Assembly (NCBI RefSeq): GCF_006345805.1
Contig: NC_043011.1
Location: 24,316,464-24,380,463 of the forward strand
Direction: 5' to 3'
DNA length: 64,000 bases
DNA from: Octopus sinensis
Taxonomy: Eukaryota
The translations under genes and the position numbers were made by a program. Below are positions 25,270 through 38,655 of this stretch, piece after piece; the stretch's first letter is position 1; each line of letters opens with the position of its first letter. The notes below the pieces were generated by a model. It saw only the letters and a list, made by a program, of their open reading frames with translations, had not been told where the DNA came from and ran no database searches.

Positions 25270-25786
25270 ATGCACAATGTTTGGAATGCTTATTATATAT
25301 GTGAATTGCAAATATGTATATTTCAGACCATGAAAATTGTAATATATTTTATATAGAAATTCGTTTATATTAACCATAGGAAATATATGCAGTGAATATA
25401 TATTAAGTAAAGTTTGTATATTGGGATGTATCTACGTTTCACCATAACAGCTTTATATATAGAACATGTCATAATGCTATTTGTATTACATGTGTATAGA
25501 ATGCATGCTACATTGATTATTGACGAAATAACACTACTTCTGGTAAATGAGCTTTGATCAGAACCTTGCCTAGTAATATATGATGTGCTGCAACAACTCT
25601 ATGTCAAATATATGGAATATATGTTATGTCAATGGATTTATTAAATACCATTTTCAGCTCTTCCTTTCAAAATGCCATTATTTTTGGTGGCACAGGTGTG
25701 TGTGTGTGTGCATATATACACACACACACATATATACTCATACATATATATAAACATATATGTATGCAAGTATATATATATATATG

Positions 25787-27325
25787 GGCACATAACAAAC
25801 GCCATCCGATCGTGGCCGTTCGCCAGCCTCATCTGGCACCTGTCCGAAGACCCGGCAAGACTAGTCAGGCCATAGCCTGTGGCCCCTTCCTGGGACGTAG
25901 TCAGTCCACCTGTGCATACCTTCCTTCTTATGACACTTGTGAAGACCTGTTGAGGCAAGTGCTAATCAAATCAAATGACACTTGTGAAGACCTGTTAATA
26001 ATAATAATAATAATCATAATCAAATCAAATCAAAACAAATCAAAATAGATGAACATCAATGGAATTTGTATCTTTGTGGTACCAATGCCGGTGGCACACA
26101 AGAAAACCATCCGAACGTGGCGGTAGCCAGTACCACATCGACTGGCCTCCGTGCTGTGGGCACGTAACAAACACCATCCGATCGTGGCCGTTCGCCAGCC
26201 TCATCTGGCACCTGTGTTGGTGGCACATAAAAACACCATCCAAGACCCGGTAAGACTAGTCAGGCCATAACCCGTGGCCCCTACCTGGGACATAGTCAGT
26301 CCACCTGTGCATACCTTCCTTCTTATGACACTTGTGAAGACCTGTTGAGGCAAATATGTGACACTTGTGAAGACCTGTTGAGGCAAGTGTGTGACCCTTG
26401 TGAAGACCTGTTGAGGCAAGTGAAAATCAAACCAAATCAAAATAGATGAACATCAATGGAATTTGTATCTTTGTGGTACCAATGCCGGTGGCACACAAGA
26501 AAACCATCCGAACGTGGCGGTAGCCAGTACCACATCGACTGGCCTCCGTGCTGTGGGCACGTAACAAACACCATCCGATCGTGGCCGTTCGCCAGCCTCA
26601 TCTGGCACCTGTGTTGGTGGCACATAAAAACACCATCCAAAGACCCGGCAAGACTAGTCAGGCCATAACCCGTGGCCCCTACCTGGGACATAGTCAGTCC
26701 ACCTGTGCATACCTTCCTTCTTATGACACTTGTGAAGACCTGTTGAGGCAAATATGTGACACTTGTGAAGACCTGTTGAGGCAAGTGTGTGACCCTTGTG
26801 AAGACCTGTTGAGGCAAGTGAAAATCAAACCAAATCAAAATAGATGAACATCAATGGAATTTGTATCGTTGTGGTACCAGTGCCGGTGGCACACAAGAAA
26901 ACCATCCGAACGTGGCCGTAGCCAGTACCGCATCGACTGGCCTCCGTGCTCTGGGCACGTAACAAACACCATCCGATCGTGGCCGTTCGCCAGCCTCATC
27001 TGGCACTTGTGTCGGTGGCACATAAAAAAACCATCCGAGCGTGGCCGTCTGCCAGCCTCGTCTGGCACCTGTGTCGGTGGCACATAAAAAAACCATCCGA
27101 GCGTGGCCGTTCGCCAGCCTCGTCTGGCACCTGTGTCGGTGGCACATAAAATCACCCACTACACTCTCGGAGTGGTTGGCGTTAGGAAGGGCATCCAGCT
27201 GTAGAAACACTGCAGATCTGACTGGCCTGGTGCAGCCTTCGGGCTCCCCAGACTCCAGTTGAACCGTCCAACCCATGCTAGCATGGAAAGCGGACGTTAA
27301 ATGATGATGATGATGATGATGATGA
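25787..27325 (+). mobile_element. RTE-type 3' UTR with nested tandem duplications (about 398 bp, 60 bp and 31 bp units)
   Basis: caaaatagatgaacatcaatgg at 26041, 26438 and 26836; ends in (GAT)n. Confidence 0.85.
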
Positions 27326-27499
27326 TGTGTGTGTGTGTGTGTGTGTATGTATGCCAAAACAGACAGTGAAGCCTGGTGCAGTTTTCACCAGTCCGTCAAA
27401 CTGTCCAACTCATGCCAGCATGGAAAACAGACTTTACATGATGATGATGATGATGATACATGTATATATACATATACACATATATACATGCATATATAT

Positions 27500-27532
<33 letters not shown>

Positions 27533-27595
27533 AGAGACCAAAGTGTACGTACGCCACTATATATATATATATATATTATATATATATATATATAT

Positions 27596-28006
27596 AAAAT
27601 ACAAAATGGGACAAGAACGCAAAACATCCAGACAGTTAGGTAATAGAAAAAAGGACAACAAAACATCCAGATAGACACAAGGATACAAGGATGAGTCGTT
27701 TGGAGTTCTCTTTCCTCAGTCAAGTTCCAGATTATCTTTGCAATTTTGGCTGGTTATACTTGAGATTGCTCCAATCTGGCCAGCCCCAAGGAAAAACTAA
27801 GCTAGTTTTTCCTTGGAGCTGGCCAGATTGGAGCAATCTCAAGTATAACCAGCCGAAATTGCAAAGATAATCTGGAACTCAACTGAGGAAAGAAAACTCT
27901 GAATGACCCATACTTGTTTCCTTGTATCGCCTATCTGGATGTTTTGTTGTCCTTTTTTGTATCACCTAACTGTCTGGATGTTTCGCGTTCTTGTCCCATT
28001 TTGTAT
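27596..28006. mobile_element. 411-bp palindrome, 3-nt loop
   Basis: CCAAGGAAAAACTA-AGC-TAGTTTTTCCTTGG centred at 27801; arms of about 205 bp; flanked by (TA)n. Confidence 0.9.
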
Positions 28007-28011
28007 TTTAT

Positions 28012-28044
<33 letters not shown>

Positions 28045-29348
28045 TTAGAGAGAGAGAGAGAGATAGATAGATATATACATGCATATATACACACACACAA
28101 ACACTCATACATACATATATATGTATATGTGTATGTATATATATAATATATATATATATATATAGTGACTGGGAAGATCATAATAAATGCCATAATGGGG
28201 TGGGGGTATTACTAATTAGCATTTAAGAAATTTCTTTTTTTGGTATTTGGTTTGCAAGATTCGTAAAGTGAAATCATGTGTTGAATCAGATTTGGCTGCC
28301 TCTTGCTAAGATCATTATGCCAATAATAAATATACATACTGGCTCTGTTTCACTTCTTTTGTGTAAACTTTTTTTTTTACTGCTTTTATTATTATCAATC
28401 AAATAGTTTGACATTTACCCAATTAACTAAATGATTCTTTGATTCAGTCAATCAATTAATTAGCTAGGTTTGCTGAAGTCCTTTTGCTGCTATTCATAAC
28501 TTCATCAATGACATGCCCTCTCAACTCCAGATCTACTTCAGATCTGTCCGCCTTTTAAGAAATTGTTTATTGTCATACTTTCTGAAATATATTTTTATAT
28601 CAACTCATCAATCTAAAGCATTTTAATAATTGTCATATCTGGCTGATTGACAACCTTTCACCTACAAGTAAGTAACAAACACTTTATGTATTCTCTCCTG
28701 TCTACATATACTCTTTCATCTGAGCTAACAAGCTATGTTCCTGCCTGAGTTTACCTTTCATCTCACCTGTATCTCACCAGCATAAATTTTATGTAAATTT
28801 ATGTTTATGTATTTATTATTGTCTATTTGTCTATATACGTGCATGTATGTATGTATGTATGCATTCATGCATTACTCATTGCGTTGGTAACTGCTACCAA
28901 AATATCAATTTTAATTCAAATAAATTTGAAAATACTTTATAACTCTGTCTAAGAACTGTACTGTGAAATTTTGTTATAAATAGAATTTCTGGATGCAGAA
29001 ATAAAATCTTTGGTTAAGAAATTTAATAACTCATATAATTATACGCTTTCACACCGATTCTTGCTCAATATACTTCAATCAGTCGTTCATATAGTGTAAG
29101 TAATAACAATAAAAATAATAATAATGAAACACACACATACACACATACAGATACACAAGGATTGCCAGCAGTTTAAATTTCACAGAATTATAATTGAAAA
29201 AAGTTATGACACTATCTTTAGAAAGAAGAGTACGAAGTGAAATTTGATTAAATTGTGAGAGCATCAATGTAAAATTACATCTAGATTCTTGCTAATATGA
29301 ATTGGTTGTGTCTGCAATATATCATTTTCCCCATCTGGCTTTGTGCAC

Positions 29349-29384
<36 letters not shown>

Positions 29385-29650
29385 GCGTGTGTGTGTGTGT
29401 GTTTGTGTGCATGTGTGTATGTGTGTGAATGTACATGTGTGTGTGTGTGTGTGTAAACTAATTATGGCCATCAATCACATGTATCACGCCTCTGGGGCTT
29501 GGTGCAGATGTGGTTGTGTGATTAAAAAGCTTACTTCCCAGCCATATGGTTTTAGGTTCAGTTCCACTGCACAGCAACTTCTACTATAATCCTTCACTGA
29601 CCAAAGCTTTGTGAGTGCACTTGTGAAAAACTGAAAGAAGCCCATTGTAA

Positions 29651-29702
<52 letters not shown>

Positions 29703-31239
29703 AAGCTTGTAGGCCTAAATTACAGAGTTTAATTTTAAACTGTTTTTATTATAACTTGACATAAAAGCAAACACTAATGTATATATGTGTTTGTATACAT
29801 TGATGTATGTATGTATGTATGTATGTATGTATGTATGTATGTATGTATGTATGTGTGTGTGTATGTATGTATGTATGTATGTATGTATGTATGCATGCAT
29901 GTATGTATGTATGTATGTATGTATGTATGTATTGTAAGCTGTCTAGGAGTTCATAAATCAGGGAAAAATGTACTTGTAAATCTGTCAGTAGAGTGGATAT
30001 ATTAATTGAAGTGTAAGATTGGCTGTAATGGATACACACACGCACACATGCACGTATAGATAGACAGAAAGATGAAGCGAATGAAAAACCTATTTTCACG
30101 ATGCTTCTAAAATAGTTTACCATGAACGAAATTTCAATCAGATGTATGTGTGTGTATGTGTGCATGCACATGCACTTACATATGTACATAGGCATGCATC
30201 ATACATACATACATATATGCATACATACAGACACACACACACACATACATGCACACCACACACACACACACACACATATATACTCCTGCACCAGTGTAGA
30301 GATCAGCTGCCTGGCAGATGTGAATGTATCACCAAAAATTGCTCTAAAGAACTTCTATGAAGAATTGAAGAGAAACCTACAGTTCTTATATCCAAACTAT
30401 AGATTGTCATTTGCTCCTAATATCACAGGTGTATTTGGCTACATAACAACTGATTTGTATCGAAAGATAGAAATGTTTGGGTTCTACAAAAATGTACAGA
30501 GCAGATTGTTTTGCATTTTCCCAATACAGTTGATTTGAAGTACAGCAAAAATTTTTGAAACACTCCAGGGATTCTATATTTGAGGATACCAAAGTGAAAA
30601 ATGCACACAGTAATGTATAGATATGCACACATATGCACATACACTGTAATGGAGCACACACTTGTGTTCTATAATGACATGTAGACCCGTGAATGCAAGT
30701 TTATCCATATGCACTTATGCCCAATTATACACATATATGCTTACAGCAACCAATTTAGGTAACCGCAAACCTCAAGAGCTGTCTTGTCCTAAACAAAAGA
30801 GCTGCGCTGCTCTGTTAGTGATCAGTTTGAATTCTGTGAAAAGAAAAACTTAAAACACACCCCAAAGACAAAGAGATATACATACATGCATGCATACATA
30901 CATACATACATGCATGCATTCAAAAAATTCTCCATCTAAGATTCTTATGTGAATAGATGCACGCACTTGGATGTATGCATCAACAGTTCAACCAATACAC
31001 CAACTCAACCACATGCTTACAAACACTGGGAACTCTCCTAACTCAAAAAATCTTATTAGTCTGTTAGCAACCAGTTTGAACTTTCTCCAGATGAACTTAG
31101 ATAAAACTGAGAGAAAAATTATACATACATACATACATACATACATACATACAAACATACATACATACATGCATACATACATACATACATACATACATAC
31201 ATACATACATCATCATGGCTTGGCTTCGTGAATGAAAAT

Positions 31240-31650
31240 TAGGAAGGTTGTCCACGTCATCTGCAGGCATGCTCATGACTGACAAGTCTGATGCAGGAAA
31301 GGCACATCCACGAGCAGTGTCCACAGATGAAAGTAACATCCGGTGTGGTGTCAGAGGTGGCTCGAGCCTTTCTCCTATGTCTCTTGTCTTTATGTGCGTC
31401 TCTTCTGTGTTCTTCAAACTTTTTGACCACGTTGAAAATTGTGTGGTGCCAGGCATTGCAGTCCGCAGCCAGGTCTGTCCGGCATTGCTGGTCAACATGA
31501 CATGCGGTGAGAGACTTTTTGAGGCAATCTTTGTAGCGTTTCCTCGAGGCTCCTCTCTCACAGTGGCTGGTGGAGAGTTCACTAAACAGGGAAATCTTAG
31601 GAAAGCGATGATTTTCCATTCTGGAGACATACCCTGCCCATCGGATGTAC
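31240..31650 (-). pseudogene. RTE/BovB-like RT C-terminus
   Basis: IRWAGYVSRMENHRFPKISLFSELSTSHCERGASRKRYKDCLKKSL...C2H2-like FICGHC. Confidence 0.85.
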
Positions 31651-31769
31651 TTCATACATACATACATATATACATGCATACATATATACATACATACATA
31701 CATACATATATACATACATACACACACATGCAGACATACTTACATGCATGCATACATATGTATTTAATT

Positions 31770-32265
31770 TACTAGCTAACTAACTAGCTAGCTAGCTAAC
31801 TAATTAACTAAATAAATAAAGAACATACTAACGAACTAGCTAACTAACTCTCTAACTAACTAACTAGCTAACTAACCAGCTAACTAACTAACTAACTAAC
31901 TTAACTAACTAGCCAACTAATTAACTAACTAGCTAACTAATTAACAAGCTAACTAACTTGCTAACTAAATAACTAACTAGCTAACTTAGCAAACTAACCA
32001 ACTAACTAACCAACTAACTAACTAGCTAGCTAACTAACTAGCTAACAAACTAACTAATTAACTAACTATATAACTAACTAGCTAGCTAACTAATTATCTA
32101 GCTAGCTAACAAACTAACTAATTAACTAGCTAACTATCTAATTAACTAACTAGTAGTTAACTAACTAGCTAGCTAACTAAGTAACTAGCTAGCTAACTTG
32201 CTAACTAACTAGTTAACTAACTAGCTAACTAACTAACTAATTAACTAACTAACTAACTAACTACA
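31770..32265. repeat. cryptic TAAC/TAGC/TAAT tetranucleotide mosaic
   Basis: Direct reading. Confidence 0.9.
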
Positions 32266-33734
32266 TCTTAATCTTTTTATTGTGACTCAAGTCTCCTACC
32301 TTCTAAGTATAACTCATCTCTGATGTACAGGCTACACTCTATATCCCAGCTTCCTTCCTAAATGAGATGTCAGTAACAGAATCCTTTCTCACTACAACCC
32401 CGACCAAGCCATTAACATTAAATAGCCTCCAGTTACTTCAGCTCAAAGTGTGACTTCCACATTCTTTAAAGTCCATCTGCTATCTTTACCACCCTTGAAA
32501 TTTCTGCAAATTCCACCAACTGGTTAACTGTTTATCACTTTACATTAAGGCTATTTATCTCTTAGTGCTCAGTGCACATAAAATGCACACAAAACCTTTG
32601 GAGTCTTTTTCATTCTTCTTTCATAGGTAGAAACTGAAGTATTTACTATCTTGACTGGAGTGCATCAGTTAATTATGCTTTGATGGACATGCTGGCTTTC
32701 CACACTCACTTCATCTTTTTCTGAATATCAATCTCAATCTCTTTTCCCAAATCAAGGATCCACTTCATTTCACACAACCATCTATACTAACTTTATCATG
32801 TGTATACCAGTTTTAGAATAAGTACAGTGTTTCTGGGTGTATCTTCCAAAGGGCTGGCATCACAAAGTGTATCTCACTGTAAAGTAAAGCAATACCTCAG
32901 GAAACTGTCCAACCCATGCCAGCATAGAAAAGTCAGCATAAAAAGATGATGATGATGATAGTAATGCAGCAATGCTAGCCAAAGCCTAGAATCTTATTCT
33001 TTTTATTTCATTGCCTTCATATATGTATACATCCATATGTAAACAATTTTTTCCAATCATGGAGAGGCACAGGTAGGGCTGTGTTGCTGAAAAGCTTACT
33101 TCCCAACCATGTGGTTTGCAGTTCAGTCCCATAGTGCGGCACCTTGGGCAAGTGTTTTCTATTATAGCTCTGGACTGACCAAAGCCTTGTGAGTGGATTT
33201 GATAGGCAGAAACTGAAAGAAGCCTGTCATATATATATACATATATATATATACACATACATACCTATATATATATATATATATAGGTATATATATTTTG
33301 ATAAGCATAACAAATGCGCAACCGGTAAAAAGAACTTTCACCTAATTAAATTACTTAAATTACTTCAATTATTTGTCAGCATTTTCTTCATTTCCTTTTA
33401 TATATATATATATATATATATATACAAAAGTGTCATTCTAAAAATAAGCAATCAGATTATCAAAATTACTATGCTGTATGACAATTCAAATTAACTATGG
33501 TTAATTAAAAACAATGTCAATAGATACGCATTATTTTTATACACACTCTCCTTTTTCCTCTGTACGTCAGTAGCATAGAAAGAAAGTATTGCCATTCCTA
33601 TTTCAATCACGATGTGGTTTTGTAATGTTTGAATTTGTTTCAGTGCTTCTTCTTTATGATGTGTTGTACACAGAAAAAGATGATGTTTAATTAATGATGA
33701 GTTGCCAAAAGCACAAATATGTGAAGTAGGTTAC

Positions 33735-33886
33735 CCAGCACAGTGCTGGCCAAATTTATGACTTTTTAAAATTATCATACCAGCTAATCTATACAGTTGA
33801 TTGAAGAAGGAAGCCAAGTGTGTCTTTTCTGAAGAATGGTCAACAACTAAGAAATAATCTATCTGGAGACTGCCTGCCATTTTTTT
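33735..33886 (-). CDS. possible coding exon of an unidentified minus-strand host gene
   Basis: Acceptor ttctttctgttattgatgtgcAG, donor GG/gtaacc, one open frame KKMAGSLQIDYFLVVDHSSEKTHLASFFNQLYRLAGMIILKSHKFGQHCAG; no recognised homology. Confidence 0.2.
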
Positions 33887-33957
33887 CTGCACATCAATAA
33901 CAGAAAGAATGTAATTACATTCCTGTTTCATTCACAGTGAGGCTTTATAATTGTATA

Positions 33958-35260
33958 CTGGGTGCGATGGGTAAATTGTCACCATTTTATATTTCTAATT
34001 TCATGCATGTGCATTGTTTGTTTTTGGTTTTGTTAACTACACAGTATAGTAGGGTCAGTTGGGCACCATCTATGAGAAAAAACAGCACCGTGACGCAACT
34101 TACTTTGCCAGAAATTTGAAACAACATGCTGTACTGGTTGGCATTCATGCTGGAAGCTCCAATGTAAACATTTCAGAGAGTTTGGGTGTCAATCTGAGGA
34201 AAGTGCAGAGGATTCAGAAAGAGTTGGATGAGTCTAATGGTGATAACGAAGGTATGGCAGCTCAGAAAACTCACTCTGATAATTCTAATAAGAAAACAAC
34301 TCCTGAATTTGTTGGTGAGATCCAGGCTATGATTGATAACGATCCTTCCAAGTCAATCAGGTCCATCACCAGGGACATGGGAGTGTCTGAGTTTTTTATT
34401 AGGCAGGTAGTGCATGAAGACTTTCAGTATTCTTCATACAAGATGAGAAAGGGCCAGTTTTTACCCCAAGCTATCAAGGACAAGAAGAAACATCATGCTA
34501 CAAAGCTTTTGAATAAACTCAATCATCCCCTCCAACCGAACATACTTTGGTTTTTCTCAGAAAAGAAAAATTTCTGCCAAGATCAGATGTTGAGCACACA
34601 GAACAACCGTTGGCTTGCCATGTCCCTAAAATATGTACCAAGAGTGATAAAAATCAAACATCCAATCAACATCATGGTGTTTGGAGTGATCACTAGCAGT
34701 AGCAATGTTATGCTTCCAGTCATCTTCCCATACGGCCTCAGACTCAACACAGAGGCCTACATCAAGTGCCTGGAGGAGGTACTGCTGCTCTGGGTCAAGA
34801 GGGTGGCTGCTGGAAGACCCTATATTTGGCAACAGGACTTTGCACCATACCACACAAGCAGGAGAACCCAGTCAAGGCTGTCAGACAATTTCTACGACCA
34901 CATCACCCATAACATATGGCCTTCTAACTCCCCAGATTGCAACTCCCTTGATTATTATGTGTGGGGTGCAGTTGAGTGAGAGACCAACAAAATTCCTTGT
35001 AACACTAAAGATGAACTGAAGGCAAGGATTATGGCAGCATTCACCAACTTAAACAAGGAGACTGTCCAGAAAGTTGCAGGAGATTCCGATGTTGTCTGGA
35101 GGTCATGGTTGAAGCCAATGGTGATTTTATTGAATAAATTTACTCTTTAGTATTTCAAGATATTTTTATGTAAATTTGGTAAATATATCTGATAAAATGA
35201 GACGTCAGTGTTATTTTCACTTTTGCGTAATTTAGACGACAATTTATTCACTGCACTCTG
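33958..35260 (+). mobile_element. full-length DD37D (maT-type) Tc1/mariner transposon, inactive
   Basis: TA flanks; degenerate TIRs C(T/A)G(G/A)GTGC...AAATTGTC; transposase 34059-34979 with 37 residues between QQD and NSLD; first catalytic D reads E (FSEKKNF); premature TGA near 34977. Confidence 0.85.
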
Positions 35261-35294
35261 TATACATATACACAAACATATATATATATATATG

Positions 35295-37030
35295 TTTCTT
35301 TATTGGCCATGCAGGGTTGAACACAGAGGGGGCAAAATACAAAGTAGAGCTTTTCTTTTTGGGAAGAAGAAGAGAGAAAAAAGTGGGTCAAATTTCAATC
35401 AAAAGGGATCATGGAAAAAGAAAAAAAAAGTCGATCAATAGGTATTGTGTATCACAGAAATGTCAATGGAAAAAGGGAAAACAGATTAGGTTTATCCGTG
35501 GAAAGAAAAGAGTACGGAAAAGTCCACAGTAGCCTTGGGCAATAAGGTCATGCAAAAAAACAAATTACAGTAAGTGACTCTTTTTCCCTTTCGTTTTTTG
35601 GTTCGTAGGATTATGCTTAAGCAGGCTCTGTCATTCACACGTGCCATCCGTGCTACGTTCACCCATCTTTTTTTGAAGCATTCACTAGACAAAACTTCCC
35701 TCTCTACTTTTACCTTCCTCTTCAAGTGATACTTGAAGAAGTTGATGAGAGATTGACCAGAAAAGAAAGTGTTTATCTTTAGACCTTTCAGACGCGTTCA
35801 CCATGCACATTCTTTCGCCATAGCCACAAGTACAATGAAAATGGCTCTGCCTTCCCGTTTCAAGGAAGGAGGTGCAATAATATTCATGATAGATTTGGTT
35901 GATAAACCAACTCATCCCTCGCATGATAGCAGTCGTTCAACATAGGCCCACAGGTCGGAAATGGTTGGATACTGTACGAGTGCGTACAGGACGGTTTCGT
36001 CACTCTGACTGCATCTCAGGCAAGTCGGCCTCGTGTTTTGAGCCATGCCTGTAGAGCTTATCCCGAATGGGTAGCACTTCTCGATAGCACTTCCAGGTCA
36101 GGGATCTCTGGAAGTTGTGCATAGGTCCCGGCCTGAAAGTTGTCTTGAACAGGTGGGTCAGGTATTCCTTGTTGATGTCCAGGTTCGCCCTGAGATCATC
36201 ATCATACCTCCCCTCCATTAATTCTTTATAGAATGTTTTGACTGTGTTGATTTTACTATTTTACGGTATTGTTGCTTGAGAGCAACGAGATACTCGTGGT
36301 GCCATTTGCCTTCCTTTTTGATCCACGACTGCAGTTTGTTCATGGAGACAAGCTGTGGGAAAGCACATCTCACAAACGGCGACCACACCTGTTCACCGTC
36401 GTCTACATAGAGCTGGAAATGTTGCAGTCTCAGCATGTGTCTGCACATCATCAACCATGCCATGTCCAGCCCTCCTTTTAACAGGTGTTGGCAACATTGG
36501 AATGCATATTTTCCACAAGAAGTGGAAGAGGATGCATTCTACTTTGGTGATGGTAGGATCAGGACAAGGCACAACGGTCAGGCGGTAATAGATGACAGAA
36601 GCGATGAACGTGTTCCCCACCTCCACCCAACCTTTTAGGGACAGCTTCCTCTCGGCCCATTGCCGGGCAAGAGTAACCGCTCTACTCGTTATCTTGTTCC
36701 AGTTCTTCTCCGTTTGGAGGTCCAGACCAAACCAGACCCCGAGCAACTCAACTGGACCGTCAGTCTAGCATCCCACGATGGAGACGTTGGTGGATAGCAT
36801 GAGCTTGCTTCTCCAGGTGCTGAGCTGCAAGCCCACTGTATTTTCCCGGTTGATTTTCACTCCTGTTACCGCTTTGTAGTCTTTCAGTGTCTTGCCAAGC
36901 AGCTCGATGTGCTTCTGGCTAGACACTATGATGATGACATCGTCTACATATGCAGACACGCTCGTCCTGCATCCCAATTCTCATGGGATACCCCTCAGCG
37001 TCGCCAGCTTCTGTAGTAGTGGCTTGAGAG
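35295..37030 (-). mobile_element. 5'-truncated Tx1/L1-clade LINE
   Basis: RT motif SAYVDD, KINREN, W..RKLSLKG, RSLTWKCYREVLPIRDKL; frameshifted; 3' UTR to about 35295. Confidence 0.85.
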
Positions 37031-37054
37031 TCAATACATATAGAAGTGACATAT

Positions 37055-37140
37055 ATAGCGTCCAATAATACTATATTTGTTCCATGTCCTCGCGTTGTTG
37101 TGTTTTTCTCTTTGTGTTTTCAGGTTTGGATTAACTATAT
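37055..37140 (+). mobile_element. family F1 3' fragment
   Basis: gcgtccaataatactatatttgttcc...gtttggattaactatata, as at 41520-41600. Confidence 0.8.
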
Positions 37141-37329
37141 ATATATATATATATATATGTCTTTATGAGTTAGAGGTTAAACAACCATCTAAGGGATAAT
37201 AAATATCCAGTATACTACTGGATGTTTACTTATGTATTTATATCCAGGTGCTTACTGTTGCAGGGCAGTAGCGCAATTGAATAGTAGGTATGAGTGGGGG
37301 TAAAGCAGAAATTTACCCAGAATTTATAA

Positions 37330-37956
37330 GGCAAACAAGAAAATGGAAAGGATAATTAATCAACAAACATCAGCCTGTAAACATTCATTTGGATCTATTT
37401 ATTAATTAATGGCAATCATATGTATTAGTAATCCAAATAAATAAACAGGTAAATAAATAAATAAAAATAAATAAAAGAATAAGAATAAATGAATGAAAAG
37501 ATACTAAACTTTTACAGCTGTTTCTAAGATGTAATCCCATAACTTATGGATACTACTTTGGATTGACTGTTTTACTTTTCCTTACTATTTTTATTATTTA
37601 ATTATTTTATCTTACTTCCACACATGTTAGATTTCTAACATTATGGTCTCTCTGATGAAGCATTGTGGCTCAATTATTTTCCAACCCCTGTCCAATGTTT
37701 GTTCAACCTTTATACAATCCCTGTATATTACTGGTATGATGTGGAAACCTTTGAAAATTGGCTGCCCCTAAAGTAGAAACTGCTGTAAGAGTTTAGTATT
37801 TTTTCACTCATTTATTCTTATTCATTTATCTATTTTTATTTATTTATTTGGATTACTTATAGATATGATTGTAATTAATTAATAAGTAGATCCAAATGAA
37901 TGTTTAGAGGCTGATGTTTGTCGAATGATTATCCTCTCCATATTTTCTTATTTGCC
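37330..37956. mobile_element. fold-back element, arms about 190 bp, spacer about 245 bp, hammerhead-like
   Basis: Arms are reverse complementary; CTCT-CTGATGA (37648-37658) ... GAAA-CTGCTG-TA-AGAG (37776-37791). Confidence 0.75.
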
Positions 37957-38264
37957 TTATATATATATATTATATATATATATATATATACATACATACA
38001 CACTCACACACACACACACACACAAACACATACACATGTGCTGGTGTCACATATAAAGCATCCAGTATACTTGGTAAAGTGGTTGGCATTAGGAAGGGCA
38101 TCTAAACATAGAACCCATGCCAAAACAGATAGTTGGAGCCTGGTGCAGGTCTCCAGCTTGCCAACTCCTGTTAAATTATCCAACCCATTACAGCATGGAA
38201 AATAGACATTAAATCATGATGATGATGTATAGATAATATTATATATACTATATATACATATACA

Positions 38265-38655
38265 GTAGGCGTAGGAGTGGCTGTGTGGTAAGTAGCTTGC
38301 TTACCAACCACATGGTTCTGGGTTCAGTCCCACTGCGTGGCACCTTGGGCAAGTATCTTCTACTATAGCCTTAGGCTGAACAAAGCCTTGTGAGTGGATT
38401 TGGTAGCCAGAAACTGAAAGAATCCTGTCGTATATAAGTATATATATATACATATATATGTATGTATCACTTGACAACTGATGCTAGTGCATTTATGTCC
38501 CCGTAACTTAGCGGTTCAGCAAAAGAGACCAGTAGAATAAGTACTAGTCTTACAAAGAATAAGTCCTGGGGGTCGATGTGCTGGACTAAAGGTGGTGCTC
38601 CAGCATGGCCACAGTCACATGACTGAAACAAGTAAAAGAGTAAAAGAGTAAAAGA
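38265..38655 (+). mobile_element. SINE family A, near full length
   Basis: All family A blocks are present. Confidence 0.9.

Noticed and set aside
26041-26437. HDV-like ribozyme in the 398-bp unit
   Set aside because: Hairpins exist, but I could not find the nested double pseudoknot or the catalytic C in J4/2.
26320-26823. CRISPR-like 31-bp repeats
   Set aside because: Repeats are contiguous with no unique spacers, there are no cas genes, the DNA is eukaryotic, and the motif is part of the RTE 3' UTR.
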